A stretch of DNA of 64,000 bases from Acidobacteriota bacterium (GCA_003225315.1 QHZD01000023.1:90347-154346); one strand, 5' to 3'. Positions 1-9,996 are shown, counted from the first letter of the stretch. Notes: a model not told the origin generated them from the sequence alone. Translations and numbers: made by a program.

Positions 1-1345
1 GGTACGGAACTTGACCCATTTTCGCAACTTCGTACGTGGGTGACTGCGCGAGAAGATTAAGCACCGAACCGCGAGCATATTGAAGCGCCCAGTTGTACGG
101 ATAGTAGATCGTCTGACGGAGCAAGCCGTTTGCGTTGGTCATGATCGGCGCGATGACATTGATCAATTGGGCCAGGCACGCCACCTTGACTCGGTTCGCG
201 TTGCGCAGCAGGGAGTTGAGCAGGCCACCCACGAGCAAAGCATCCTCCAGATTGTAGACCTCCTCAAGCAAGTGAGGCGCTTCCTGGTGATGCCCGTTCG
301 TGTAATCGCCGCTCCGGGCTCTATACCATACGTTCCATTCGTCAAAAGATAACCACAATTGTTTTGGCGACCGCTTATGTCCACGTACAAGGTCACAAAC
401 TGCGACGGTTTCTGCGATTTGCTGTTCCATGCTGAGGTTCATCGCGAGGAACTTTGAACTATCGCCGCCGGTGTCCGCAGGAGCATTGGTGAAATAGCGA
501 TGTAGGGAAAGACCGTCGACGTAATCGTAGCATTGTTCCAAAACTTCGCGGTCCCATTCAAGATAAGTGGGCATGAACGGGCCGCTTGATCCACAAGCAA
601 TTAATTGAAGGGAAGGATCAACGTAGCGCATCTGCCTGGCGGCGTCCTGAGCCTTCAAACCATACTCAGTCGCCGTCATGTGGCCTATTTGCCAGGGGCC
701 GTCCATCTCGTTACCCAGACACCAGCGCTTCACCTTATAAGGTTCGGCGAAGCCTTGCTTGCGGCGGAGATCGCTCCATTTTGTTCCCTGATCCAGGTTG
801 CAATATTCGACCAGAGCGGCTGCCTCTTCAGGAGTTCCCGTCCCAAGATTGAGGCCCATCAAGGGCTCAGTGCCGGCAGCCTTGCACCACGCCATGAATT
901 CATTGGTGCCGAACTGATTGGTGTTGATCGCATTCCAGGCCTTGTCAAGCACACGGGGACGGCTCACCTTGGGACCCACGCCGTCAAGCCAATTGTAGCC
1001 CGAGACAAAATTGCCCCCGGGGTAACGAACGATGGGAACTCCCATCTGGCGAATTTCACCGATGACATCTTTGCGAAACCCATTGGTGTCCGATAGCTTC
1101 GAACCGGGATCGTAAACGCCCTCGTAGATGGCACGGCCCAAGTGCTCGAGAAAGGAGCCGAAAAGATTGCGGTCGAGCGGGGCTGTAACGCGACGCGAGT
1201 CCACGTAAACGCGGGCGACGTCGTTAGCGCTCAGAGGCGAAGTTTGCGCCCGTAGAAAAGCGCCGCCAAGTAGTGAACTCGCACCCCAGGCGACGCCTGC
1301 ATTCGCAGCTTGATGCAAGAAACTGCGTCGGTCGACGGAAAACAT
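1..1345 (-). CDS. abfA: GH51 alpha-L-arabinofuranosidase, 3' end runs off the window (absent from the supplied ORF track)
   Basis: Manual translation from ATG 1345: MFSVDRRSFLHQAANAG (Tat-like), then FGSFLEHLGRAIYEG, RYPGGNFVSGYNW, WCLGNEMDGPWQIG (acid/base Glu), SFDEWNVW (nucleophile Glu), ACLAQLINVIAPI. No stop before position 1. Confidence 0.93.
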   Translation of the reverse strand, partial: MFSVDRRSFLHQAANAGVAWGASSLLGGAFLRAQTSPLSANDVARVYVDSRRVTAPLDRNLFGSFLEHLGRAIYEGVYDPGSKLSDTNGFRKDVIGEIRQMGVPIVRYPGGNFVSGYNWLDGVGPKVSRPRVLDKAWNAINTNQFGTNEFMAWCKAAGTEPLMGLNLGTGTPEEAAALVEYCNLDQGTKWSDLRRKQGFAEPYKVKRWCLGNEMDGPWQIGHMTATEYGLKAQDAARQMRYVDPSLQLIACGSSGPFMPTYLEWDREVLEQCYDYVDGLSLHRYFTNAPADTGGDSSKFLAMNLSMEQQIAETVAVCDLVRGHKRSPKQLWLSFDEWNVWYRARSGDYTNGHHQEAPHLLEEVYNLEDALLVGGLLNSLLRNANRVKVACLAQLINVIAPIMTNANGLLRQTIYYPYNWALQYARGSVLNLLAQSPTYEVAKMGQVPY

Positions 1346-1394
1346 GTAGGTATTCTCCTCGCAAGTGAAACCGTAGCCCGATTACATTTTTGAT

Positions 1395-1410
1395 TGGTAA
1401 ACGTTTACCA
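1395..1410. promoter_or_regulatory. LacI-family operator-like perfect palindrome TGGTAAACGTTTACCA
   Basis: Perfect 16-bp palindrome with central CG and the AAACGTTT core typical of LacI/GalR operators, 50 nt upstream of the GH51 start. Confidence 0.75.
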
Positions 1411-1667
1411 CACGACTGGTGACTATGGCAAGGCAGATATCGCGAGCTAGCTAAAATACCGCGAGCAGCTATCGAAACTTCTGTTTACCTATAGTTCCCG
1501 CGCCCTCTTGAATGGTGACGAGTTGGTCCGCCCCAACGTTTGGAAGCTTTTCCGCAGCGCCATCTCCCCAGCAGATTGTCAGGTTCACAGCGTTTTCAGC
1601 GCGGATTTAACTAACTATTGCGGTGCTAGCTGCGCCCTTGGATAGTGGTGATTATTGCGTCGGCTGA

Positions 1668-3359
1668 TCACTGCGCCGGCTCAATAGCCTTCAATATCTG
1701 CCCGGCCTTGACGTTCTCGAATCTCTGGACAACCCCGGACGGCCACCGGATTTCGACCAACTTGGCAATGGAATCGCTGCCGAGGCCCGCTATCAACCGT
1801 TTGTCACTAGCTGAAAGATATCCGACGGCCGTATTAACGGTGAAATATTGCGCCAACCCAGACGCGGACACAACTCTTACGCTACAGCCAGTGCCGTCAC
1901 GGTTTGATTTTCTGCCGATGGTTTGTATCCCTAACCACTTTCTGTTGTTCCCACCGTCATTTCGCAGCACGTAAGCTCTTTGACCCACGTTGCTGACCAC
2001 GATGTCGACATCACCGTCGTTGTCGATATCGCCGAACGCCGCACCCCGGCCCGCCCATTCTTTTTGAAAAACGGCGCCGGGAACTACCCTCACGAAATGG
2101 CCAGACTCGTTCCGCAACAGCAGCGGTGGCTCGAGGTATTTCATGTTGGGTGAGGTTTGCTCGATAGTGTCCATCACATGCCCCTGCGCAACGAAGAGAT
2201 CTTTCCAGCCATCATTGTCGTAATCGAACAAATGCGTACTCCAACCGGAAAAAGCGAAAGTCCAGCCGCCCATGCCGGACGGGTTGGTCACATCCTGGAA
2301 GGTGCCTTCGCCGTTGTTGTGAAAGAGGTGATAGCGTTCATTAGAAAGGTCCGTGACGACAATGTCGGGGCGACCGTCATTGTCGTAATCGCTGAAGTCG
2401 GCCCCCATCCCTGCAAACACTTTGCCGTCCTCATTGTAGGCAACGCCTGCGGGAAGGCCGACTTCGGTGAACGTGCCATTTCCGTTGTTGTGGTACAAGA
2501 AGCTAGCCACCGAATCGTTGGCGACAAAGATGTCCGTGAAGCCGTCGTCGTCATAATCGGCAAAAGATACCCCTAGTCCTTTGCCTTCAGGGTTAGCAAT
2601 GCCAGCCTTCGCGGAAACGTCGGTAAATGTTCCGTCCCCATTATTGTGATAGAGGATGTTCGCGACGCCCTTGAAATTGTCGGGGTGACAGTAGGCCCGC
2701 AAGCCGGGTTTCTGTTCTCCACAATAGCGGTTGTTCCGGAAGCTCCAATCCACATAACGGGTCACGAAGAGGTCGAGGTTGCCGTCATTGTCGTAATCGA
2801 AAAACCCGGCGCTCGCACTCCATCCGCCAGCGACAACTCCGGCGCGTTTCGTTACGTCGGTGAAAGTGCCGTCCCCATTGTTATGATAGAGCGTGTTCCC
2901 GCCATAGCCTGTTACGTAGATGTCTTCAAAACCATCATTGTCGTAGTCGCCCACCGCCACACCCATCGGATAGTAGTTCTGCGCCATCCCAGTGAGGCCG
3001 GCTTTTTCCGTCACATCCGTGAATGTGCCATCGGGGTTTTGATGATAAAGCCGGTTCCAAAACCTTCGATCGGTCTTGTCCGGAAGCTTGCCGTCCGGCA
3101 TCGGATCGTCGATCTTCGCGCCGTTGGTGAAGAAGATGTCCAGCCGCCCATCGTTGTCATAGTCCAGGAGGGCCACGCCTCCTCCCATAGTTTCCACCAA
3201 GTACTTGCTGGAAGTTGCCGAGTTTTCGTGCTTGAAATCGATGTTCGTGGACCGGGTGATATCGGTGAAATGCACCTCCGGACCGGCTGTGGCCGCGGTC
3301 ACACAGAAGAAAAGCCCAAAGGACACGACCCAGCGGCGCGCATTTGAATATCTTCCCAT
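1668..3359 (-). CDS. CRTAC1-family protein (FG-GAP/VCBS repeats + C-terminal ASPIC/UnbV), paralog 1
   Basis: Repeated DYDNDGxxD blades followed by HHNxxGTFTDV, GRGAAFGDIDNDGDVD, and C-terminal GYLSASDKRLIAGLG...VEIRWPSG. The ORF track opens at TTG 3455; ATG 3359 (MGRYSNARRWVVSFGLFFCVTAATAG, signal-like) is preferred. Confidence 0.9.
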   Translation of the reverse strand: MGRYSNARRWVVSFGLFFCVTAATAGPEVHFTDITRSTNIDFKHENSATSSKYLVETMGGGVALLDYDNDGRLDIFFTNGAKIDDPMPDGKLPDKTDRRFWNRLYHQNPDGTFTDVTEKAGLTGMAQNYYPMGVAVGDYDNDGFEDIYVTGYGGNTLYHNNGDGTFTDVTKRAGVVAGGWSASAGFFDYDNDGNLDLFVTRYVDWSFRNNRYCGEQKPGLRAYCHPDNFKGVANILYHNNGDGTFTDVSAKAGIANPEGKGLGVSFADYDDDGFTDIFVANDSVASFLYHNNGNGTFTEVGLPAGVAYNEDGKVFAGMGADFSDYDNDGRPDIVVTDLSNERYHLFHNNGEGTFQDVTNPSGMGGWTFAFSGWSTHLFDYDNDGWKDLFVAQGHVMDTIEQTSPNMKYLEPPLLLRNESGHFVRVVPGAVFQKEWAGRGAAFGDIDNDGDVDIVVSNVGQRAYVLRNDGGNNRKWLGIQTIGRKSNRDGTGCSVRVVSASGLAQYFTVNTAVGYLSASDKRLIAGLGSDSIAKLVEIRWPSGVVQRFENVKAGQILKAIEPAQ

Positions 3360-3583
3360 GGCATGCCTGTCGAATCCTCTGGTTGCTAACAATTCCTTCG
3401 CTTTCCTGCAGGACAAAAGGTGATTGGCGTGCGAGCTCAGAAAGCTCTCCTTCAAGCCAGCAGGCCACGCGAGATCTACGCTTTCTACCTTCGTGGCGCG
3501 GCCCAGACCGACTCCTGATTCAGGCTTACCGCTTTCTTAAGGCTATTTTCAGTTCCGGAATACACATGAGCATTCATGGTCAT

Positions 3584-3649
3584 GCTGCCAACGGCCAGTA
3601 TGATAACGCAGCGTCGGGATGCCACCGAAGCTAATCCTCCAAGGTTCGG
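3584..3649 (-). promoter_or_regulatory. Duplicated promoter-like block, copy A
   Basis: About 50 of ~66 aligned positions match 16861-16926, and 23/24 match in the core CCGAAGC(T/A)AATCCTCCAAGGTTCG. The minus strand reads TTCGGT-N18-TATCAT. Confidence 0.6.
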
Positions 3650-3926
3650 AACCGCCTCATTAATAATTGCGAGGACGGATCGTCCGGCCGGAGCTTTGCG
3701 GATTGGTAGGAGTTGGCTTGTCGTCTTTCGAGGATTCGCCGGGATTAGTCGTGGCGGGCTGATAGATCGCGGTATTTGATGAGACTCCGGGGAAATCCCG
3801 TTCGCGAGGAGGAACCGCCGTTTGCCAGCCGGTCCCAGTGCTGGCCTGAGGTACTCACTCGGCTTTCTTTCCAGGCAGCTTTTTCCAGGCGTGCAAGATA
3901 CTTCTTTGATCGTTCGAAAAAACTTC

Positions 3927-3988
3927 TTGACATCAGTGCTTCAGGAGGAGTATCAGTGCACGCAATGCCCTCGGGAAAACGTTTACCG
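3927..3988 (+). promoter_or_regulatory. Sigma70-like promoter with downstream LacI-type operator
   Basis: TTGACA (3927-3932)-N18-TATCAG (3951-3956); GGGAAAACGTTTACCG at 3973-3988 matches the 1395-1410 palindrome at 13/16. Confidence 0.6.
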
Positions 3989-4229
3989 GGGGCTTCAAGT
4001 TAACGGGGTGAACCTGAATCCTGCGTGAAAACGATCGAAATGGAGCTGGAACAGAGCAAATGGTGCGTTTTGAGGACTGGGCCCTTGGTTTCAAACCTCG
4101 CACTTAGGAGCGAGTGTTCCAAAGCCCGGATCAATCTCGAGACTAACTTTCAAGGCTGTTCCAAACCGCCCATCAGATGCTTTCACGCCGGAATGAGGTT
4201 GGGCGCGTAAGTTTGGGGGAGGTGTAAAG

Positions 4230-7200
4230 ATGAAGCGGCCATCAACTCTCGTGGTCCTTCTGTTGTGTGTTTTTGTCGTGTCCAGCGGGCAGAGCCTGTG
4301 TGCCCAGTTGGCCGACCGGGCTGAAATTACCGGTATCGTCACCGACGCAAGCGGTGCGGCGGTTCCCGATGCCAAGGTGTCGATCATCAACCAGGATACC
4401 GGTGCGAAAATAGTGGTGGGCACGAACAGTGCCGGAAACTACAGCACGCCCCCACTCCTCCTAGGTACCTACACTATAGAGGTCGAAAAAGAAGGCTTCA
4501 AGCATGCCACCCACCCCGGCATCATGCTGAGCGGCGCGCAGAGTTTCCGCCAGGATGTGAAGCTCGAACTCGGTTCGGTGACTCAGTCCGTCGAGGTCGA
4601 GGGTGGCGCAGCGCTGATTAACACTGAAAACTCAACGGTGTCTCACACGATTGGCGAGACCTACTATCGCGATCTTCCAGGAGTGATGGGGGCTGACATT
4701 CGTCTTGCCGAGTCCCTGCTGCAACTACAGCCGGGCTTTGTGCCCATGCAGCCGAACGGCGACGCGATTTTCCGCGGCAGCCAATTTACGTCGCGGATCA
4801 ACGGCGGCCAAACCATGGCCACGGAGAATTGGTTTGACGGCGCGGCTTTCGGCTATGCGGAAGGTCACCAAGGGACGCAGGAAAGCGCGGTGCCCTACCC
4901 CTCCGTGCAGGAAATGACAGTCGTCGAGAATACCTTTTCCGCACAGTACGGACACACTAGCGGCGGTTTTATCACCTATGCCACGAAATCCGGCACCGAC
5001 AAGCTGCATGGCAACGTCTACAATTTCTTCACCAACGATAAGCTGGACGCGGGGAACTTCTTTTTTGCCGGCATACCGACAATCCCGAATAAGAAACTGC
5101 CTTTGACCCAAGATAATTGGGGTGCTGCCGTGGGCGGGCCCGTTCCGAAGATTACCAAATGGGGCAAAACGTTCTGGTTCGTCAACGTGGACGGCCTCGA
5201 CTACCACAGCACGGTTAACACCGGTTTTGTGAACACGCTTCCGACGCCTCTCCAGAAGCAGGGCAACTTCAGCGAGTTCCTGGGAGCCCAAGCAACGGAT
5301 AAGTGTCCGGCGGGGACAGCAAATGCGGGCCTGGTTTACCCCGTCAGCGATCTTCTTGGCAATCCTATTCTTAAGGGTCAAATATACAATCCGGATCCGA
5401 CAACTTTCCAGACGGTCACAAAAACCACTGTTGACCCTTGCACGGGGAGTCCTATCACGGTGGTAAACGGTACTGTGCGCACGCCTTACGCGGGCAACAT
5501 TATCCCAGCTAATGACCCGCTGCGGAGCTCATTGGCGGCATTTATGATTCCCAACATCCCGGGGCTTGATCGCAACACATTAGCCGTTAACGGTTTTGGC
5601 GGAAGTTCGGACGATAATAACAAGATTAACGTCAGAACCTGGCTTTTCCGAATCGATCACACGTTCAACAGTAAGTTCTCCGTCAGCAACACCTACTACC
5701 AGAACAACCGGCCGCGCACCGCTCACTGCGGCGGGCCGCAGGGCTGCACCACGGTGCACAATGGACAGACGGATTCCGCGGCAAACGATACCTACATCGG
5801 CCAGGGATTCTTCCAGCGCATTACCAACCATTTCGAACACGTGCAGATGAACTGGGTGATCAAGCCGAACCTCTTCAATCACACCACACTGGCCTACGAC
5901 CGCTGGCATATGCAAGGCAACCAATTATCCGGAGGTGTAGGCTGGAATCAGAAGCTCGGACTCGGCCTGCCCAACCAAGCCATATTCAACAACGCCGGCT
6001 TTCCGTCGATTAACTTCAGTGGACCTCAAGGCTACACCGCTTACGGGACACCTTGGGCAAGCGGAGGGAGCGACATCAACAATCGCTATCAATTTCTCGA
6101 CGACATCACCTGGATTACCGGCAAGCACACGATCAAGGCCGGGCTGGAATTCCGCTATATGACTTTCCCGCAAACCGGCTGGGCCGTCAACACAGGAGGT
6201 AGTTTTAATTTCAGCGCCAACGAAACTGCCAACTACGATTTCAGAGGCGCTAACAGAAGCGATGTGAGTGGGAACGAGTTCGCCTCTCTCATATTGGGGC
6301 AAGTGAACAGTGCCAATTTCTCTGCACCGTTCAGTTATATGCCGAAGATGAGATATGGCTCTCCCTGGATCAACGACGACTTCAAGTTGACGCCCAAGCT
6401 TACGCTGACCTTGGGTATCCGCTTCGACTGGCAATCAGGGCTGTCGGAGCAGCACGGAAAGTTTTCCACATTCGATCCTACCGCTGCCAACCCTGTCGGC
6501 CATCTGGGAGCAACGGTATTCGGCGGCAGCAAGCCTATCGGGAACAGCAGTTGGAGCGTTGGTCCGCGCTTCGGCTTTGCGTATCAGATCAAGAACAAAA
6601 CCGTGATCCGCGGCGGATACGGGATGTACTATGCCGGTGCGCAGGCCGACTCGTGGGATCCTTACCCAGTGGACGGCTACCAAACCAACCCGGTGGCGCC
6701 GAATATAACCAATGGGTTATTTCCGGCGTTCTACTTCCAAGGAACCGGTAGCTGTCCGAGCGTGTATGGTCCCACCAACCCGGCTCCTTGCGGCTGGCCG
6801 ACAGGGTCCATCGTGCTCCCGCCCCAACTCAAGGCCGACGTAGCGAATGGCGGAAACCCCGTGGGCGTGGATCCCAAGACATACACGATGCCCCGCTATC
6901 AGAATTGGTCGATTTCGTTCCAGCGCCAACTGGGCCAGAACATGGCGGTCGATATAGCCTACGTGGGCAATCATGGGACGCGACTGATCGATGGCCGCAG
7001 CTCCGCCGGAGTATATGACAACATGAACCCCGGGAGTGTGCTCGCTTTGGGTAGCGTTCTCACGAACGGGCAATTCAGTAACGGTATTCCCAACCCCGCC
7101 GCGATTGCGGGGGGATTCGCGAGTCCCCCGTACCCGGGTTTCACGGGAACAGTGGCCCAGTCTTTGCGAACGTGGCCGCAGTACCGGCAGATCAATTGGC

Positions 7201-7967
7201 GCTATTTTCCAAACGGCAATAGCCACTACAACGCTCTCCAGGCTTCCTTTGACCGGCGCATGAGCCAGGGCCTGCAGCTCCGTGTTGCTTACACCTATTC
7301 CAGGCTCATGAATAACGGCTCGGAAACTGGGTTGGGAGCCGGGGGACCTCCCGTGCAGAATCCCAGCGATATGAGCGACCTATACACCGTCAGTTCCGAC
7401 GACGTGCCGCACATTTTCACTTTCGGCTGGATCTACCAGTTGCCCTTCGGCAAGAGTAAGCTGGTGGGAAGGAACGCGTCGGGGGTTTTGGACAAGCTCA
7501 TTGGCGATTGGCAAATCTCGGGGACTCAGACTTACCAATCCGGGAGACCGCTGTCCATTACCATGGCGAACAACAGCCTCGGCGGATATCTCTTTAACTA
7601 TACCGAATATCCCAATAAGGTAAGCGGCACCAAGGGATTGACCGGAAACTTCCACGACCCGAACAAGGACACTTACTTGAACTCATCAGCATGGGCCGAC
7701 CCGGGACAATTTGCCTTCGGTAATGCTCCCCGCGAGGATGCGAGCGTCCGTGGTTTTAGGTACTTTAACGAGGACTTCTCCATCTTCAAGGACACACACT
7801 TCGGCGAGGGTCGGTACGTTAGGGTCCAAGCCGACGCTGGCAACGTTCTCAACCGCGTTTTCTTTTGCCCGGTGGGCACGGCTTTAGGTAACGCCAACTT
7901 CGGGAAAACAGGCAGCCAATGCAATGTGCCGAGGCGAGTCCAGCTCGGGTTGCAAATTTTCTTCTAG
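4230..7967 (+). CDS. Acidobacterial Oar-like TonB-dependent receptor (N-terminal carboxypeptidase-regulatory-like domain)
   Basis: 1245 aa; signal peptide; ITGIVTDASGAAVPDAKV; FSAQYGHTSGG...TKSGTDKLHG plug motif; GPRFGFAY; C-terminal RRVQLGLQIFF (terminal Phe); GGAGG RBS. Confidence 0.93.
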   Translation: MKRPSTLVVLLLCVFVVSSGQSLCAQLADRAEITGIVTDASGAAVPDAKVSIINQDTGAKIVVGTNSAGNYSTPPLLLGTYTIEVEKEGFKHATHPGIMLSGAQSFRQDVKLELGSVTQSVEVEGGAALINTENSTVSHTIGETYYRDLPGVMGADIRLAESLLQLQPGFVPMQPNGDAIFRGSQFTSRINGGQTMATENWFDGAAFGYAEGHQGTQESAVPYPSVQEMTVVENTFSAQYGHTSGGFITYATKSGTDKLHGNVYNFFTNDKLDAGNFFFAGIPTIPNKKLPLTQDNWGAAVGGPVPKITKWGKTFWFVNVDGLDYHSTVNTGFVNTLPTPLQKQGNFSEFLGAQATDKCPAGTANAGLVYPVSDLLGNPILKGQIYNPDPTTFQTVTKTTVDPCTGSPITVVNGTVRTPYAGNIIPANDPLRSSLAAFMIPNIPGLDRNTLAVNGFGGSSDDNNKINVRTWLFRIDHTFNSKFSVSNTYYQNNRPRTAHCGGPQGCTTVHNGQTDSAANDTYIGQGFFQRITNHFEHVQMNWVIKPNLFNHTTLAYDRWHMQGNQLSGGVGWNQKLGLGLPNQAIFNNAGFPSINFSGPQGYTAYGTPWASGGSDINNRYQFLDDITWITGKHTIKAGLEFRYMTFPQTGWAVNTGGSFNFSANETANYDFRGANRSDVSGNEFASLILGQVNSANFSAPFSYMPKMRYGSPWINDDFKLTPKLTLTLGIRFDWQSGLSEQHGKFSTFDPTAANPVGHLGATVFGGSKPIGNSSWSVGPRFGFAYQIKNKTVIRGGYGMYYAGAQADSWDPYPVDGYQTNPVAPNITNGLFPAFYFQGTGSCPSVYGPTNPAPCGWPTGSIVLPPQLKADVANGGNPVGVDPKTYTMPRYQNWSISFQRQLGQNMAVDIAYVGNHGTRLIDGRSSAGVYDNMNPGSVLALGSVLTNGQFSNGIPNPAAIAGGFASPPYPGFTGTVAQSLRTWPQYRQINWRYFPNGNSHYNALQASFDRRMSQGLQLRVAYTYSRLMNNGSETGLGAGGPPVQNPSDMSDLYTVSSDDVPHIFTFGWIYQLPFGKSKLVGRNASGVLDKLIGDWQISGTQTYQSGRPLSITMANNSLGGYLFNYTEYPNKVSGTKGLTGNFHDPNKDTYLNSSAWADPGQFAFGNAPREDASVRGFRYFNEDFSIFKDTHFGEGRYVRVQADAGNVLNRVFFCPVGTALGNANFGKTGSQCNVPRRVQLGLQIFF

Positions 7968-7988
7968 GCTCGCCACCTGACTTAACCG

Positions 7989-8025
7989 CCGGTGGGTGGT
8001 CCGCAAAGTGCGGGCCACCTACCGG
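7989..8025. terminator. Stem-loop between convergent genes
   Basis: CCGGTGGGTGGTCCGC (7989-8004) pairs with GCGGGCCACCTACCGG (8010-8025) using two G-U pairs, 22 nt after the receptor stop. Confidence 0.65.
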
Positions 8026-8121
8026 ATTGTCTTTCTCCCTTCTATCCCGGGAGCCATCAATTTTCATATTGTGAAAGGACAACTCTTTCGGTCACCGGGA
8101 AACACCGCACGGCGGAAGTTT

Positions 8122-9996
8122 CTATCGCTTGCCAAATTGGTCGCGCCGAATTATGCCCCGGCCCTCTTGAATCACGAGCAATTGGTTCACGCTAACGTTT
8201 TTGAACGATTCCATCAGTCCCAAAGGCCATTGGACTTCAACCAAGTCTGCCTGCTTGGCCCGGCCAAGCCCAAAGTGCAGGCGAAAGTCATTTTGGGACA
8301 TGTAACTGGAACCGCTCATTACCTCATTGATTTGAGAATGCCGGCCAGTAACCACGCGCACGCGAGCGCCAACGGCGCTCCGATTGGACTTGGTACCGAT
8401 GCACTTGACCTTTAGCCAGTTGTTCCGCGAGCTGCAATCATTGCGGAGAAGCGAAGGCGCCTCGTTCATGTTTAGAACTGCGACGTCCACGTCTCCGTCG
8501 TTGTCGAAGTCTCCGAAGGCAGTCCCTCGGCTGCTGTGCGGCTGAGTTACGCCCGGTCCGGCGCTCGATGTAACATCTGTAAAGCTCCCGTTGCCGAGAT
8601 TCTTGTAGACAGTCTTTCCCTGTTTGAACGTCACGTGTAGTCTCTTCGTGTCGACGGTAGGGAAGACGTGGCCGTTGGACATGAAGATATCCGGCCAGCC
8701 GTCGTTGTCGAAATCAAAAAGTCCTACTCCCCATCCCAGATACTTCGTATTGACGCCCAATCCCGCCTGAAAGACAGCGTCATAAAATGTGCCGTCGCCG
8801 TTGTTATGGTATAGATTGGCGGTCTGGTCGGAATAGTTGGTCTTGACGATGTCGAGCCAGCCGTCGCAGTCGTAGTCGCCAACTCCCACGCCCATGCCGC
8901 CCTGGGCCGTCCCGTTCTCGTTGAGGGCACAGCCCGCGTCGCCGCCTATCTCCTGGAACGTTCCATCTTGATTGTTGTGGTAGTAACGGCTGGGGACGGA
9001 ATCGCACGCTACGTAGATGTCCGGCCAGCCGTCGTTGTCGAAGTCCGCCGCACACACTCCGAGTCCGTAAGAGCCCGCGGGCACCCACTGATTGCTGACA
9101 GAAGTCGGCGCCGTTGAGCCGCGCGGGACCGACACACCTGAGCGCTCGGAAACGTCCTCAAATGTTCCGTCGCCGCGATTGCGGTACAGGATGTTCGTCC
9201 CCCCACTCATCCCTTGCGGTCCGCATCCGACGGACAGACCATAATACCTGCAGTACTGGTTCTCGCCGGGTTGAGGCGCCACTCGAGGATCAAAATTCAC
9301 ATAGTTTGCAACAAACAAGTCGAGGTGGCCGTCACGGTCGTAGTCCACAAAACAGCAACCCGTGTTCCATCGCGGCGCTGGACCGTTTTGAACAAGGCCA
9401 GCCTTTTGCGTGACATCAGTGAATGTCCCATCTCCATTGTTGTGGTAAAGGACGATTGCACCCCAGTAAGTCACGACCAGATCGTCGTATCCGTCGTTGT
9501 CATAATCTCCGACGCAGCACCCCTGACCCCATCCCGAGCGAATCAGTCCAGTTTTCTCCGTTACGTCTGTAAAGGAGCCATCGCGGTTATTGTGAAACAA
9601 GAAGTTGGCCGGCTGATGTTGCGCCGAGATGCCTTCAAATCTCGTCCCATTGACCATAAAGATGTCCAGCCAGCCATCGTTGTCGTAGTCAAAAAGAGCG
9701 ACGCCACATCCGGTTTCCTCTAGGAGCAAGCGCTTATGCGTAACGCCGCCAAAAACGTTAATTGCTCCGCCCAAACCCGCCCTTGCGCTAATATCTGTGA
9801 AAGAAAATCTCGCCGCATGGCCAGGACTGCTCTGGGGTTTCCGGCTTGCAGGTGATGCCGGCGATCTTTGAAGTGCCGTCGCGTCATGCAGCCCTGTCAG
9901 CAGTAGAGACGCGGGCACCACGGAGCCCAAACGGCCAAGTTGGCGGAGAAAGTCACGCCGTGATCCTGAGAGATTGCTGAGCAGACGAAGGCTCAT
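8122..9996 (-). CDS. CRTAC1-family protein, paralog 2 (Tat-like signal)
   Basis: SRRDFLRQLG; repeated D(Y/F)DNDGWxD blades; SRGTAFGDFDNDGDVD; SSYMSQNDFRLHFGLG...VEVQWP. Confidence 0.92.
   Translation of the reverse strand: MSLRLLSNLSGSRRDFLRQLGRLGSVVPASLLLTGLHDATALQRSPASPASRKPQSSPGHAARFSFTDISARAGLGGAINVFGGVTHKRLLLEETGCGVALFDYDNDGWLDIFMVNGTRFEGISAQHQPANFLFHNNRDGSFTDVTEKTGLIRSGWGQGCCVGDYDNDGYDDLVVTYWGAIVLYHNNGDGTFTDVTQKAGLVQNGPAPRWNTGCCFVDYDRDGHLDLFVANYVNFDPRVAPQPGENQYCRYYGLSVGCGPQGMSGGTNILYRNRGDGTFEDVSERSGVSVPRGSTAPTSVSNQWVPAGSYGLGVCAADFDNDGWPDIYVACDSVPSRYYHNNQDGTFQEIGGDAGCALNENGTAQGGMGVGVGDYDCDGWLDIVKTNYSDQTANLYHNNGDGTFYDAVFQAGLGVNTKYLGWGVGLFDFDNDGWPDIFMSNGHVFPTVDTKRLHVTFKQGKTVYKNLGNGSFTDVTSSAGPGVTQPHSSRGTAFGDFDNDGDVDVAVLNMNEAPSLLRNDCSSRNNWLKVKCIGTKSNRSAVGARVRVVTGRHSQINEVMSGSSYMSQNDFRLHFGLGRAKQADLVEVQWPLGLMESFKNVSVNQLLVIQEGRGIIRRDQFGKR

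Noticed and set aside
80-1096. Short ORF-track entries in 80-1096
   Set aside because: Shadows of the minus-strand GH51 gene, which the track missed because it has no stop in the window.
1441-1480. CGCGAGC(T)AGCT direct repeat and TCGAAACT shared with ~48272
   Set aside because: Short, low-complexity matches compatible with chance.
8690-9042. 23-nt identical repeats TCCGGCCAGCCGTCGTTGTCGAA and similar repeats across CRTAC1 genes (possible CRISPR or DNA repeat)
   Set aside because: They encode repeated DFDNDGWPD propeller blades inside CDSs and lack regular repeat-spacer periodicity.
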